Shown: positions 13,433 to 26,384, counted from the first letter of the whole stretch. The stretch: DNA of 61,120 nucleotides, filler included, from Nemertoderma westbladi (GCA_032718475.1; 3 parts of 3 records of this genome joined end to end with filler, not necessarily neighbours in it); one strand, 5' to 3'. Notes: a model not told the origin generated them from the sequence alone. Numbers and translations are program-made.

Positions 13433-13874
13433 CTTATAATGGAAACCGTGCGCCGAAAACCGAGCGCGGAAACCGGGTAACTATGTGGCGGTTCTTCTGC
13501 CCAGGGCCGCTTTCCACGTTGCCGATGTAAACGATCTGAACCTTGAACGAATTGCTCGCGTTCGAAGTTTGTTTCGCAGTCTAGGCGGTGGGCTCGGTAC
13601 TGTTGTATTACCTCCCGGTTGAATGTTTTTCAACTGTGTTTCAAACTGTTTTTCAAGTCTTCATCGAGTGTATTTTAACCAACTAATTTTAGTGCTTTGG
13701 ATGATAGGCCTATCTACACTATGGAATCGTACTGTGGGGAGGAACCTACCCAACTACTTTGAAACCTCTACGCATAAAAATCAATAAACTACTCCGATGT
13801 ATTACAATTAGTCACCATCGTGCTTCCGCTAACCCTCTTTACAAATCTGTAGGAATTCTCCCTCTAGACCTCCT

Positions 13875-14270
13875 CTTCAAACACTGTTATTGCTAGACAC
13901 ATTGCGTCCAGTCTTGCAAAAGCTTGAAATGTGTTACATCCAAACGCGCAAGCCAGTTATCAACAAGCAGAAACGTGATTGGAGCAAGTTTACAGTGCTG
14001 CTTCCCAGTGGTTAGTTACAGTACAGACATCTCTCATTTCATTACCTGTTCCGTCCCCTTTTGGGAATTTCTCTCTACATTTATTGGCTTGGCCTCCTGA
14101 GAATGCCCTCAGTTGTGGGGCGAAACCTATCAATCAGCGGGCTGCCATCAGCTGATCACTGATTACATGCAACGTCTAGGTCTTGTTGCTTTTTAGTTTT
14201 TTACATACTTTGGCACTGACCTACCTACCGGTAAGGTTTTTACTTAACGTGCTTGATTAATAAATAAAAT
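13875..14270 (+). mobile_element. Penelope-like element 3' remnant (GIY-YIG endonuclease C-terminus and terminal repeat)
   Basis: 13893-14015 translates as ...QKLEMCYIQTRKPVINKQ..., matching the LExxYIxxxKPxINxQ end of PLE GIY-YIG domains; followed by a hammerhead-like motif and AATAAA (~14259). Confidence 0.6.
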
Positions 14271-15244
14271 ACAATTATCTCTTTAATTTATTTTTTAGTG
14301 TGACATGGTCTAATGAATTGAAGGCTTTTCAACTGAATTGACTGCTACGTATTTTTATTGTTGTCTAATTGTGCTATCCATGTTTCAGTAGTATACTATT
14401 ACATCAGAGGTGGACAATATTTACCTAAAACCAAACTTTATTTTAATTATAGCTTAATAAAGTTTAATAAGTTAGATTATTTTATCGGAGCTTTTATCGG
14501 AGCTGTTTACCTTTTTTTAAATTATTGTTATTACTTTAAATTAGTGTTATTTCAGTTAATTTAAGTTTTTCTGGATGTTCAAACATCGTAAGACATTGGT
14601 TAATTACGTGAGTTTCATTATATTTCACCTAAATTTGATAAATACAACTGTGATAAACTCCATTTTGAATAGGTTTTTGTAAAATATGATGATTTCGATT
14701 TGTGAACAATAGAAACTGTGAGGAATTCCCTTCTCATAGAATTAATATTAGTTATGACATAGATTATTATGACATAGAAGCAGAAGGGTGTCAGATATGA
14801 CACTCTTTAATAGTTTGGTAACTAAATAAAGGAAGATTCACCATTGCTTCCTAATTGTAGTCAATATAATAAATACAGCTTAATAATAACTGGCTGCATG
14901 TATAATTCCTGACAAATTAATAAATGCTGGAGACTGGACGTTGCATTTAATAAGATGTCTACTACCAGGAGTCGATTTATCGGTACTCTTTTTTCCAACT
15001 TGTGATCATTCAAGAAGTTTAGTTTCAGAAGAGATACATTGCTGATCTCTGATAACATAAAACTTATCGTTTCCAGTTATGATTTTTTTGTCCTGTTTTA
15101 CTTCTTGTTATTTATTACGGCGGAAAAGAGAAAGTCAGTTATGGTACATTATAATGTATATTATCATGTATCAATTAAGGTTATAAATTATAATAATAAA
15201 TATTTGCCTTTTACCACTATGGTATGTATTGTTTTCTTTTACAG

Positions 15245-15922
15245 GTGATCCTGCAATTCCTTGCAATTATCCAGCATATTGGCCACTGAATTCTGAATAT
15301 ATTATGCAGGATTTATCACCAAATCAATTTCATGGTGAAATCCATGGAGATTTGGTTTATAGACCCGGAATCACTGGAATTGATTACCAATCGATTGATT
15401 TCCGAAATTTCTACATCTCAATTGACCACGGAATCAATGAATTAACATCAGAAACATTCACCTTTGTGGCCTTTATAAGGAACACTGGGGGAACTGGTCC
15501 GATATATGAATTTGGAGATCTATCAAGCAGAGGTTCACATTTATTCAATCACCCTTCAGCTACATCACTGTGGTACAATCCGTTAACTATAGGAAATCCT
15601 AATAATGTTAAGGAAGTTATCAATGCTGTTATTACCAATGAATGGCATATGGTTGCCCTTAGTGTGGCGGCTGATGATATGAAGGTATTAATGTACTCAA
15701 GGAATGTTGCAACTAATGTTCGTGTGTGGTCGGAGTTTGGGGATTCATTTGGATTGAGATCATCTGTCGATCAAACAACTCCTTTACTTTTGGGGGTTGG
15801 AGATCTAAATACCTTGAATTACCCCGGATTCATTGCCCATGCCCGTTATTACGATTGTTCGCTATCATTGGGACAATTGGATGTCCTTTATGATGAAGTT
15901 ATATCAATGGAAGACATTTACT
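15245..15922 (+). CDS. Internal exon encoding a complete LamG-like / Concanavalin A-like (LamG_3-type) domain
   Basis: Acceptor TTTTCTTTTACAG|, donor |GTGAGT, phase 1-1, stop-free; YWPLN..QDLS..HG, FTFVAFI, WHMVALS, LLLG, GFIAHARYYDCSLS. Confidence 0.8.
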
Positions 15923-16799
15923 GTGAGTTATATATTAGTTATATATAACAATAGGTACACGTAAACATAGTCAGTATTCCAAGGATTATGGGGAAGAACT
16001 GGCTCTTCAGAATGAATAACAATTCATGTACCAACATAATTAATACCATATCAGCAATCAAGGTGATACTTTTGTAGAAGGATAATAAACATGTATATAA
16101 TATGTAGGTATATATAATTTAATAATAAGTACTTTTCAAGGAGAACTATAACATAAACAATTGTAAAATAATAATAATTTATTGCATGATAAATTTTGGG
16201 CTCTTGGCTTTATCTCTCTCCTCTTTCTCTTGATCTTGCTGCAAGTTTCTGCATTCAGAAATGATCGATGTAGTGGGTGTCAACACCTTTAAAATAAGAG
16301 TAGAGTCATTAGTTCTCCCCTCAACAAGCCACACAGCAAACCACATAACAAACATTCCATGTCATAGTTGCTATACACAGCTTAACATCATACCATACCA
16401 TCAATATTAATTTTATTTTATGATTTAATTATAATACCATATCACACATTCTTTAAAATACAAAACAATACCTCTAGTATACACTTATATTGATTGCAAT
16501 GTATAACATTCAATGTTGCTACATGTTTTTGTCATCAATAAATCAATATTTATTTTGCATTATATTTCGTGCATTTATTTGCAAACTAAGCACGTTTCCA
16601 TTTTGACTGGCTACTTTTCAATGTTTCAATGTTTTAATTTCCCGGCAGTCTGCCTGTCAGCCTGTTCCAGTACTGCAGTAGGCCTAGTTCTGTAGAGACA
16701 TGTACAGACTGACAGACTGTACATTGTACAGACAGACACATGTAGGCATTTACCGGCTTGGCTTTATCTCTCTCCTCTTTCTCTTGATCTTGCTGCAAG

Positions 16800-19640
16800 T
16801 TTCTTTCAGCCTTTCCAATTTCCTCAATTTCGTAGGAAATACAGGAGCTCAAGACTGTAATGCTTTTACACTTCGACCCTTCTCCAGTGATCAACTTGAT
16901 CGCTTCAACTCGCTTAATGGGTGGAAAAGCCCATCAAACCAACCACCAAGGTTAAGGCAGACTCACCAGCCGATCGCATCAATGTTTGGAAGGCCCACTT
17001 TGAAAAGCTCCTCAATAATGACGGGGTATTGCCTAATAACTTTATAGAAGTAAAAGAAATGAGTCGGTACTCAAAGACATTCCCATTGGCGATATCTCCT
17101 TTGCAGAAGTGAAGGCTGCTGCAAAGAGCATTAAGACCAATCGTGCCAGTGGAGTAGATGGTGTTCCCCATGAGGTCTTTAAAATACCTGAGTGTTTAAA
17201 GCTCATCTATCCCATCATAGTAGACATGTACCGAACAACAAGAGTCCCACAAGAAATGAAAACAAAAAAGTTGGTGCCAGTTCCCAAGAAGGGTAACCTA
17301 ACAATCTATGGTTCTTTTCGGGGAATCTCATTAATCTCGATTGCTGCAAAGCTATACAATATATTTCTATTAAATCGCATCAGGGATCCCATTGAGAGAC
17401 TGCTCCATGGAAATCAGAATGGGTTCCGTAAAGGTCGTGGGACCATGGAGCCCATTTTGGCACTTAAAAGGACAATTGAAGTGTTATCAAAAAAGAAAGA
17501 CAGGCATCTGGCTGTTATCTTTGTTGACTTCTTTGAGGCCTTTGATTCAGTCTCTCGCTCATGTATGTTCAGCATAGTTTCATTATATGGGAATCCTGAT
17601 GAAATTATTGCAGCACTCAGATCAGTATACTATGGTTCATCAACATTTGTGTCTACTGTTGATGGTGACACAGAACCATTTGAAGTATTATGGGGAGTCC
17701 TCCAAGGAGACACACTTGCGCCATTCTTGTTCATAATTGTGGTTGACTTTGTTCTATGCGTGTCATTAGATCATCGTAATGATGATGGGGTGATGGTAAC
17801 TCCACCTACTGGCTCCAGAAGTCAAGGAAATCCTGCTAAGTACCTAACTGATCTAGAATTTGCTGATGACTTAGGAGTACTCGCAGAATCACTAGAAGGA
17901 GCACAACGGCTCCTCAGCTCATTAGAACAGGCTGCTTCTAGTGTTGGTCTTTTTATTAACTCCAAAAAGACCAATATTTTGACAGTTAACATAGAAAATC
18001 CTCGGCAAGTCTCTGACCAGATGAACATAAGCTTAAAGGATGGTATGCTTGAGCATGTGGACGACTTCTGTTACCTGGGATCATGGATTCGGAAGTCAGG
18101 TGAGGACCTTCGAATACGTAAGGGAAAGGCATGGGCAGCTTTTAATAGGCTTTCCAGGATTTGGAAGTCACAGAGATTTAATCAGAAACCTTAAGGTCCG
18201 ATTATTTAGAGCAGCAGTAGTTCAAGTACTCAGTCCATGCTGGGCTCTAACTGCTGTGGACACCAAATCTCTGTATAGCACATTCACAGGAATGTTATGC
18301 CAGGTTCACTGTGACAAGTACAATGCTCACATCTCCAACCAGACACGATATTACATTGGAGGTGTCTCATTGGTTTCCCCAAGCTTGACACCAGAACAAA
18401 GTCACCTCCGCTTTGCAGGACATTGCTTTCGCCGTGAGGACCAGCCAGTGCATAATCTTGTACTTTGGCAGCCTAATGGAGGGAATAAGCATGGTGGAAA
18501 GCCCATGACTTTCTTGAGACGCATCTTAAAGTACAGGACCTTGAGGACTTAAAGGACCTTGAAGATGCGGATGATCTAGCAAATGTCATGGGTGATATTG
18601 AGTTGTGGCGGTGCAATTTTGTCGACAAGCCGGCACAGCATTCTTAAAAATGCAGCTGCAATGCAGCATGCTGATCCTAGTAGTAGTAGTAGTATGCGCT
18701 ACCATAACTTGTTGTTGTAGATTCGATTTCTTTACAATCATCAACATCCGTTTTGTACTGTCTTGAAATTTTCTTGGGTTCGTTGAACTCTGTCTTTGTA
18801 TCTCACTGGGTATCTCCCCAGAGTCTACCACTTTAAAAGGGCTCCTTCTTTTCATTGTCGATCGATTTTTCGTGTAGAACAGTAAGAACATCAAATATCA
18901 CTGTTAGTAGATTTCGTCAGGTGGTAAGAATTCGAAATCCTACTAATCCAATATCTAGTTGAATATCTACCTCCTGTCTCTTACTTCTCTCACTCCTTCT
19001 CTCACCTCCTGTCTCTCACTTGCATTCTGAGTTCGATCAGGGAACCTGCTGCCAGATAAACCAGTTGAGCAATAAGGATGGACCCCAGAGGAAGTGTAGT
19101 GAATAAGAATGTTTTGTGACTTTGCAATATATTGTTTCTGATTATCAACTAGTCCTCCTACGTATCTCACCAACACACCAATAAAGTCATTGCAACTACG
19201 TTGCGAACAACATACTAACCAATAACTCCTACCTAGGTCAAATACACCGATAAGGGTTTGGCGAAATTTGATGTAGATCTCTAGAATGAGGTCTATACCC
19301 AATATCGACATAATAAAATACACCAATAACATCAACATATGGTTAATCTACCAATAGCATGTTACTCATCTCTATACTAAATCAAGGTAACCCACCAGCT
19401 GTAAAGGCCTTATTCCAGTTGATTGTCCCCTCCTACTGTACAATATAACTTCCGCCTCCTAATTATTGCACATAAGTGGGCCCTTAGTTAGTATCATAAC
19501 ACAGTATTTGGTAGTATTATACTATATTGTTTGCCTACTTCTCATCCTTGTACCCGATTGTACACACTCCCACATTGTGCCATATCTTGTCACTCTGTAG
19601 CCAATATTAGATCGTGGATTATTACTCATTAATATCATCT
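16800..19640 (-). mobile_element. Highly decayed CR1-like LINE remnants flanking the RTE insertion
   Basis: Scattered APE/RT-like words on the minus strand: DLILATE, GGG-VILYSR, GYRPH, NPRKF (18700-19640), and YEIEEIGKAER (~16810-16860). Many stops. Confidence 0.35.
16890..18693 (+). mobile_element. RTE-clade LINE, 5'-truncated and frameshifted, (TAG)n tail
   Basis: ORF 17109-18194 with QNGFRKGR, FVDFFEAFDSV, GVLQGDTLAP, EFADD, YLGS; tail CCTAGTAGTAGTAGTAGTA at ~18677-18694. Confidence 0.93.
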
Positions 19641-19829
19641 TATATTGCTTTTGATATTATCACTCACAAAAGTTTGAAGCACTAGCTCTAGTATTGTAAG
19701 TAAGTGTGTGTATCGTGGAAAATCCAACGAAAATTCCACGAAATTTCTTAGATTAGAGCCTCATGACTTAGGGTTAGGGTTTTATATGACAGTTTTAATT
19801 AATGAGTCAGGCAAGATAGTGAATATATA

Positions 19830-21374
19830 TGAGGGCGGTACGTTTTTTACTTTTTTTCGATTTCATTGTTCTACCGGTGCACAAAAGTTGCCAAATGGTA
19901 AAAAAATAAGGCAAAAAAATTTCTTTAAATTTCGTCTATATCTTCACGGATCCCAAGAGGGTTGAAATTTTGTGCCATCGCGATGCACCATAATGAAATT
20001 TATAACAATATAACACATTGATGAAAGATCAATGACTCAAAAAAGAACTTCCGGCATGCATCAAATGTCATCAAATGGGTCCAAACTTAGTTAGATACCA
20101 AAATTTCAATTTTACGGCATGCCGTAGGAGAACTAAAAGTTGTCCATCACCAAAATTGAGAATAATCATCACTTGTGCCAAAGAGTAGGTTCTGGTCATG
20201 TGCCTGTGGCACTACTTCCCTTGATCCAAAAATTGAAATTTTTGGTATCTAACTAAGTTTGGACCCATTTGATGACATTTGATGCAAGCCGGAAGTTCTT
20301 TTTTGAGTCATTGATCTTCCATCAATGTGTTATATTGTTATAAATTTCATTATGGTGTATTTCATTATTATGCTCATTAGAACCGCAATGACCGATTTAG
20401 TGGGGGTAGACACCATCAAAACAAGCATAGAGCGAATAGTTCTTGAGATATTGCAGAAAATGTTAAGTACGGCACAAGTCAACATTACCGCATTGATGAT
20501 TTATAGATAAATACAAATACGTTACTTCTAATTATCTTCAGGCATCAAAAATATACACATCACTGCAACAAATTGATTTAGTGTATACAGACACCCTCAA
20601 AATTAAAGAGTAGGTGATTAATTCACTATAGTTTTTGTACAAAATGTGTGGAATGGGTCAACTCAATATCATGTATTAATTGGTGAACATAGTCTTGACA
20701 TTTTGTAAAATAACTCAAGAACTAATGACTCTACTCTTATTTTGAAGGTGTCTTCACCCACTATATCCATCATTTCTGTGATGTGTCTATTCTTGATTCC
20801 TTGAGATAATTCAAAATATCATTTTTAGTGTATTTGTCCATATCACATCAAGGCGTTAATGTAGACTTGTGCCGGACTTCACATTTTCTGCGATATATCA
20901 AGAACTATTCGATCTACGTTTGTTTTGAAGGTGTCTACCCACACTAAATCGGCCATTGCGGTTCTAATGAGCATAATTTGAATGCAGTAGGAGAACTCAA
21001 AGTTGGCCATCGCAAAAATTGAGAATAATCATCACTTGCACCAAATGGTAGGTTCTGGCCATGTGCCTGTGGCACTAGTTCCCTTGATCCAAAAATTAAA
21101 ATTTTGGTATCTAACTAAGTTTGGACCCATTTGATGACATTTGATGCATGCAGGAAGTTCTTTTTTGAGTCATTGATCTTTCATCAATGTGTTATATTGT
21201 TATAAATTTCATTATGGTGCATCGCGATGGCACAAAATTTCAACCCTCTTGGGATCCGTGAAGATTTAGACGAAATTTAATTAAATTTTTTTTGCCTTAT
21301 TTTTTTCCATTTGGCAACTTTTGTGCACCGGTAGAACAATGAAATCGAAAAAAAGTAAAAAACGCACCACCCTA
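19830..21374. mobile_element. Foldback / compound palindromic non-autonomous DNA element in an intron
   Basis: ~285-bp terminal inverted repeats (19830-20112 vs 21093-21374) flanked by TATA; nested inner palindrome 20366-20976; direct repeat 20124-20357 / 20987-21219. Confidence 0.85.
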
Positions 21375-21448
21375 ATATATATGGCTGATTATGTAGTGTA
21401 GACTACATTTCAACTTCTAATGTAGTGTTATTATATTGTTTATTGTAG

Positions 21449-21613
21449 ATTTATCAGATCGATGTACATATGATAAATCATGGATGGTTTTAGACTCAAC
21501 AACCGGATCACAAGATATTTATGGAACCCATGATGGATTTATTCATGGTCGTTTAAGTAACGGCCCTGGGCCTTGTGGCTTAGAGAACACTGCTCTTGGC
21601 TTCCAAACATACG
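21449..21613 (+). CDS. Next exon of the LamG gene: start of a second LamG-like repeat (3' end uncertain)
   Basis: Acceptor TTTATTGTAG|, phase 1 compatible with the 15922 donor; CTYDKSWMVLD..QD..HDGFIHG..GPGPCG..ALGF aligns with CNYPAYWPLN..QD..HGEIHG..PGITG..SIDF. Weak donor |GTAGCT or an in-frame TGA at 21619. Confidence 0.6.
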
Positions 21614-21955
21614 GTAGCTGATTAGGGCCAATTCATTTTATTATTTTCATCTCTGCAAATTTAAAATAATTTTATATTTATTTTTCAATTCTTAAAACTT
21701 TATATTTTTCATTTTTGATTTTTTCATAAGTTAGGTTGAGTTGGTATGGCTAAAATGGGGATTTTCGAAATTCCTCAAAATGTCATCGACTAGAGTCACA
21801 TCACTTAGGGTTTAGGGTTACCATTACATGACAGTTATGTATAATTAGAGTTTAGGCCGCCACTCTTGATACTTGGGAGAAGTGAATAATATTCCATCTC
21901 AGGGAAGGGACTCTTACGTGATATATAAGTGCTAACTACTGAAGCAAGGCATATG

Positions 21956-23585
21956 TGTAAGGGCTGTAAGGGCTGTAAGGGGTGTAAGGGCTGAAAGGGG
22001 TGTAAGGGCTGTAAGGGGTGTAAGGGCTGTAAGGGGTGTAAGGGCTGTAAGAGGTGTAAGGGGTGTAAGGGCTGTAAGGGGTGTAAGGGGTGTAAGGGCT
22101 GTAAGGGGTGTAAGGGCTGTAAGGGCTGTACGGGGTGTAAAGGGTGTAAGGGTTGTAAGGGCTGCAAGGGCTGTAAAGGCTGTGAGGGCTGTAAGGGCTG
22201 TAAGAGCAGTAAGGGCTGTAAGGGCTGTAAAGGCTGAAAGGGGTATAAGGGCTGTAAGAGGTGTAAGGGCTGTAAGGGGTGTAAGGGCTGTAAGAGGTGT
22301 AAGGGCTGTAAGAGGTGTAAGGGGTGTACGGGGTGTAAGAGCTGTACGGGGTGTAAGGGCTGTAAAGGGTGTAAGGGATGTAAGGGTTGTAAAGGATGTA
22401 AGGGCTGTAAGGGCTGTAAGGGGTGTAAAGCCTGTAAGGGCTGTAAGGGGTGTAAAGGCTGTAAGGGCTGTAAGGGCTGTAAAGGCTGTAAGGGCTGTAA
22501 GGGGTGTAAAGGCTGTAAGGGCTGTAATGGGTGTAAATGCTGTAAGGGCTGTAAGGGATGTAAAGGCTGTAAGGGGTGTAAGGGCTGTAAGGGCTGCAAG
22601 GGCTGTAAAGGCTGTAAGGGCTGTAAGTGCTGTAAAGGCTGTAAGGGGTGTAAGGGATGTAAGGGGTGTAAGGGCTGTAAAGGCTGTAAGGGCTGTAAGG
22701 GGTGTAAGGGGTGTAAAGGCTGTAAGGGCTGTAAGGGCTGTAAAGGCTGTAAGGGCTGTAAGGGGTGTAAGGGGTGTAAGGGCTGTAAAGGCTGTAAGGG
22801 CTGTAAGGGGTGTAAGGGGTGTAAAGGCTGTAAGGGCTGTAAAGGCTGTAAGGGCTGTAAGGGGTGTAAGGGGTGTAAAGGCTGTAAGGGCTGTAAGGGC
22901 TGTAAAGGTTGTAAGGGCTGTAAGGGCTGTAAGGGCTGTAAAGGCTGTAAGGGCTGTAAGGGGTGTAAAGGCTGTAAGGGGTGTAAAGGCTGTAAGGGCT
23001 GTAAGGGATGTAAAGGCTGTAAGGGGTGTAAGGGCTGTAAGGGATGTAAGGGGTGTAAGGGCTGTAAGTGGTGTAAAGGCTGTAACGGCTGTAAAGGCTG
23101 TAAGGGCTGTAAAGGCTGTAAGGGCTGTAAGGGCTGTAAAGACTGTAAGGGCTGTAAGGGGTGTAAAGGCTGTAAGGGCTGTAAGGGATGTAAAGGCTGT
23201 AAGGGCTGTAAGGGGTGCAAGGGCTGTAAGGGCTGTAAGGGCTGTAAAGGCTGTAAAGGCTGTAAGGGCTGTAAAGGCTGTAAAGGCTGTAAGGGCTGTA
23301 AAGGCTGTAAGGGCTGTAAAGGCTGTAAGGGCTGTAAGGGCTGTAAGGGCTGTAAAGGCTGTAAGGGCTGTAAAGGCTGTAAGGGCTGTAAGGGGTATAA
23401 GGGCTGTAAGGGGTGTAAGGGGTGTAAAGGCTGTAAGGGCTGTAAGGGCTGTAAAGGCTGTAAGGGCTGTAAGGGGTGTAAGGGCTGTAAGGGGTGTAAG
23501 GGATGTAAGGGCTGTAAGGGGTATAAGGGCTGTAAAGGCTGTAAGGATTGTAAGGGCTGTAAGGGCTGTAAGGGGTGTAAAGGCT
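21956..23585. repeat. 9-bp G-rich minisatellite (TGTAAGGGC/TGTAAGGGG/TGTAAAGGC)n, ~180 units
   Basis: Directly visible; generates the LQP/YSP/RAV repeat ORFs. Confidence 0.97.
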
Positions 23586-24916
23586 ATGCATTAAAATCAA
23601 AATGTGAGACCACTGTCTACTACTCTTTGATCGAAGAACTCATATTGTCTATAGGTTATTCCTGTTGAATAGGAAACTCTAGTGAACCTTAAGGAAAATG
23701 CTGATGCGAAAGTTGAAGAAGCTTGAAAAAATGCTTTGGGAACTTCCCACATTATATGGGGCTGGTGAAAAAAATTATCTTTAATATTTTTTCCTTAATA
23801 ATATACTAGTGAGTTGTGTTGCGGAGTATGTTGCCATGTAATTAATGTTTGCATGCAGTTGGATTAACCCTATATAGCCCGGAGGGAGGGATGGTCATTT
23901 TAGAACTTTTTTGTGTTTTATCTGTTGTATCTTTCAGTAAGGTTTGTTGGGAAAATCGACTTTTCATAGCTTTTCCTAATATTGAATGGGCTATCCAACA
24001 GAGCATACGCCATTTTCTGTTATGTCATTTTCTAAATGGCTATGTTAGTTTTCGTGCTGTGGTTCATTTCTGACACCCATCTCCAGTATTTCTCATGCTT
24101 AAATTTTCAAAAGAAACTAGAGGTTGTAAGTAGGCGAAAATGGCCGGTTACAGTGGTGGCAAAAGTGAGGCTGGTGGGCAGAGTGGGGAAAATGTACATA
24201 ATGGGGTTTGTGGAGATAGTGGGGTTAATGTATAGGATTATTGGATGGATATAGTGGGATTACTAGACATGGACATAGTGGGCTTAGTATATTAAATAAT
24301 GGGGTTAGTGTACACACTGTACAATGTACATTAGGGTGGAGTGAAAAAAAGTTTTTTCTTCTCTTCTTTTCTTTTCAGGGAAGCACTATTTTTCTGATGC
24401 CAAATCGGTCTAAACTAACTTTGCAAAAAAAAATTTTGATTTTGAAAAATTCTAAGCAGGCCTCACGGCACTTGAAAATTTCAAATTATTGGGAAGGCAA
24501 TGCCAGTTTTGAAAATCCCAGATATTTTGTATTTTTGATAAAAGTTAAGGAAGATGCAAATATATAATGTCAAATAGGTTGGAAACAAACACAAAATGTG
24601 AAATTGTGATTTTCATATAAATCTACCCCAGCCTCATAGCCTTTAAAAATTTGCAAAATTTGCAAAATTTCACCCCAAAAATACAGCAATCCTACTTCGT
24701 TGTCTCTATAGTTGAAATCGATTTACTGGGGTTTGGAGTTCTTCCTGAGAGAAAACCAAGTCCCCTGATTTGATTACTACTATATTTCAATGCTAGAAAC
24801 CCATCTATCTGGCTGTGAATTTGTCTTTGGATCAAATTCCCAATAAGTATATTATAAACAGTAGGTATAAAAAGAAGGATAATTCTAAATTAGGAAAACA
24901 CTAGTAAAACAGTAAA

Positions 24917-25016
24917 NNNNNNNNNNNNNNNNNNNNNNNNNNNNNNNNNNNNNNNNNNNNTTAATTAATTAANNNNNNNNNNNNNNNNNNNNNNNNNNNN
25001 NNNNNNNNNNNNNNNN
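24917..25016. other. Assembly gap: N44-TTAATTAATTAA-N44 linker
   Basis: Exactly 100 nt, central 12-mer gives stops in all six frames, identical to the gap at 53124. Confidence 0.97.
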
Positions 25017-26263
25017 TGGCGGAGAAGATGTATAAAGAGTTACGTCAAGGGTTTACGCAAGAACAGGAGCACCAGGCGCCATTCAACCGATATGGGGCCA
25101 AAACTTTAACCTGTTTGGAGTGGAGAGTATGGCTAGGAGTACAGCCAAGCTTGCTAAATCCAAGGCGGATCCAAACGTCACGCGACAGCGATTGGACGCT
25201 TATAACAAACAGCGGAGGAGTTACGCGCGGAGTTCAAAGCGTTGTACCCCTACGATGCGTTATGCGACGCCAGCGACGTTTGCGAGAACCCCGAGCTGAT
25301 ATTAGCGCGTTGCCCAAACCACCAAAGTCTGCGTTACCAAGAAGGCGGTCGTTTCATCTCCCGTCGTCCCCTTTCCTAGCGTTTTGGAACCACCGACAAC
25401 TCGACGCCGAAGTCCGAGCCCAGTTCGACCTCGACCACCACCCAATCGCAATAGAGGACGTGGACGAGCCCGGTCGGCCAAGGAATAGGAAAGCGAGAAG
25501 AAAGGATATTATATTCAGATATTATATTTGGATGTTATATTGGATATTTATATTGGATATTTTATATTTGGATATTATATTTGGGTATTTATATCGGACG
25601 TTGGGTTTGGAAGAACGAGATATGGAAAGGAAGGCTTGCGAGCCTACCGTTAGCAATTGATGCTCAGGAGAAGATATCCAGACCAGCAGGACGAACTATT
25701 AGATCGTCAGGAGGACCTTTTAAGACTCATTTGGAAGTTATTAGCGCATTATGTTTATATTATATTTGGACAGATTTAATTTGGTGAAGGTTTATTATGT
25801 ATATTTACAATATATAAAGATTTATCGAAAGAATTTGATTTATTTGTTTGATTTGTTTGATTTATTTGTTCTGATTTGTTTAATTTGTTTATCTTGATAA
25901 CCGAAAGCCTTTTTTTTGTATTTTAGGCACTAAAGTTAATTCGTAAATTTGTATTTGTATGTACGATCGATTGTATTTACGCCGTATCTGCAATATTAAG
26001 TATGCAATAATTAGATAGTGATTATATTTTATATTTTAGGCCCTACCAGTAAATTTAGAAATAGTTTGTAGATATTTTATATTTTGATTGGTGAAAACAG
26101 TCTTACTTACTGTTTTCATGGAGCGGTGATGAATTATTTCACTATAAGATAGCATTTGTAGTTTAACTTTAACGTAAAAACTTTTGAAAATCCGACGTAT
26201 TTTGATTAAGTTACAGTAATGTAATATGCCTATTCATATTTGTACACATAAAACCCTTAGGTA

Positions 26264-26340
26264 CTCTCGTGGCGTAGTGGTCAGATGGTTAAGGCGTTGG
26301 TTACATTACGTAGGTTACGTGTTCGAATCCCAGTCGGGAA
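26264..26340 (+). other. tRNA-derived Pol III-like head (pseudo-tRNA) inside the putative LTR
   Basis: A-box-like TAGTGGTCAGATGGTTAAGGCG and B box GTTCGAATCC; no convincing anticodon arm. Confidence 0.5.
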
Positions 26341-26384
26341 ATTTGTATTTTGGGGCCATTTATTTTCGTGTGGTGCTAATTGGT

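Noticed and set aside
19768-21820. TTAGGG doublets at ~19768 and ~21806 as telomere remnants
   Set aside because: Only two units each, embedded in a diverged dispersed repeat.
21835-23600. LQP-, YSP- and RAV-repeat proteins (YSPYSP resembles the Pol II CTD or extensins)
   Set aside because: Translations of a 9-bp satellite; tripeptide rather than heptad period; no flanking coding sequence.
24961-24972. TTAATTAATTAA palindrome inside N runs (also 53168-53179)
   Set aside because: Artificial scaffolding linker with six-frame stops, identical in both gaps.
26264-26340. Functional tRNA gene
   Set aside because: A/B boxes present but the anticodon and acceptor stems do not pair convincingly.
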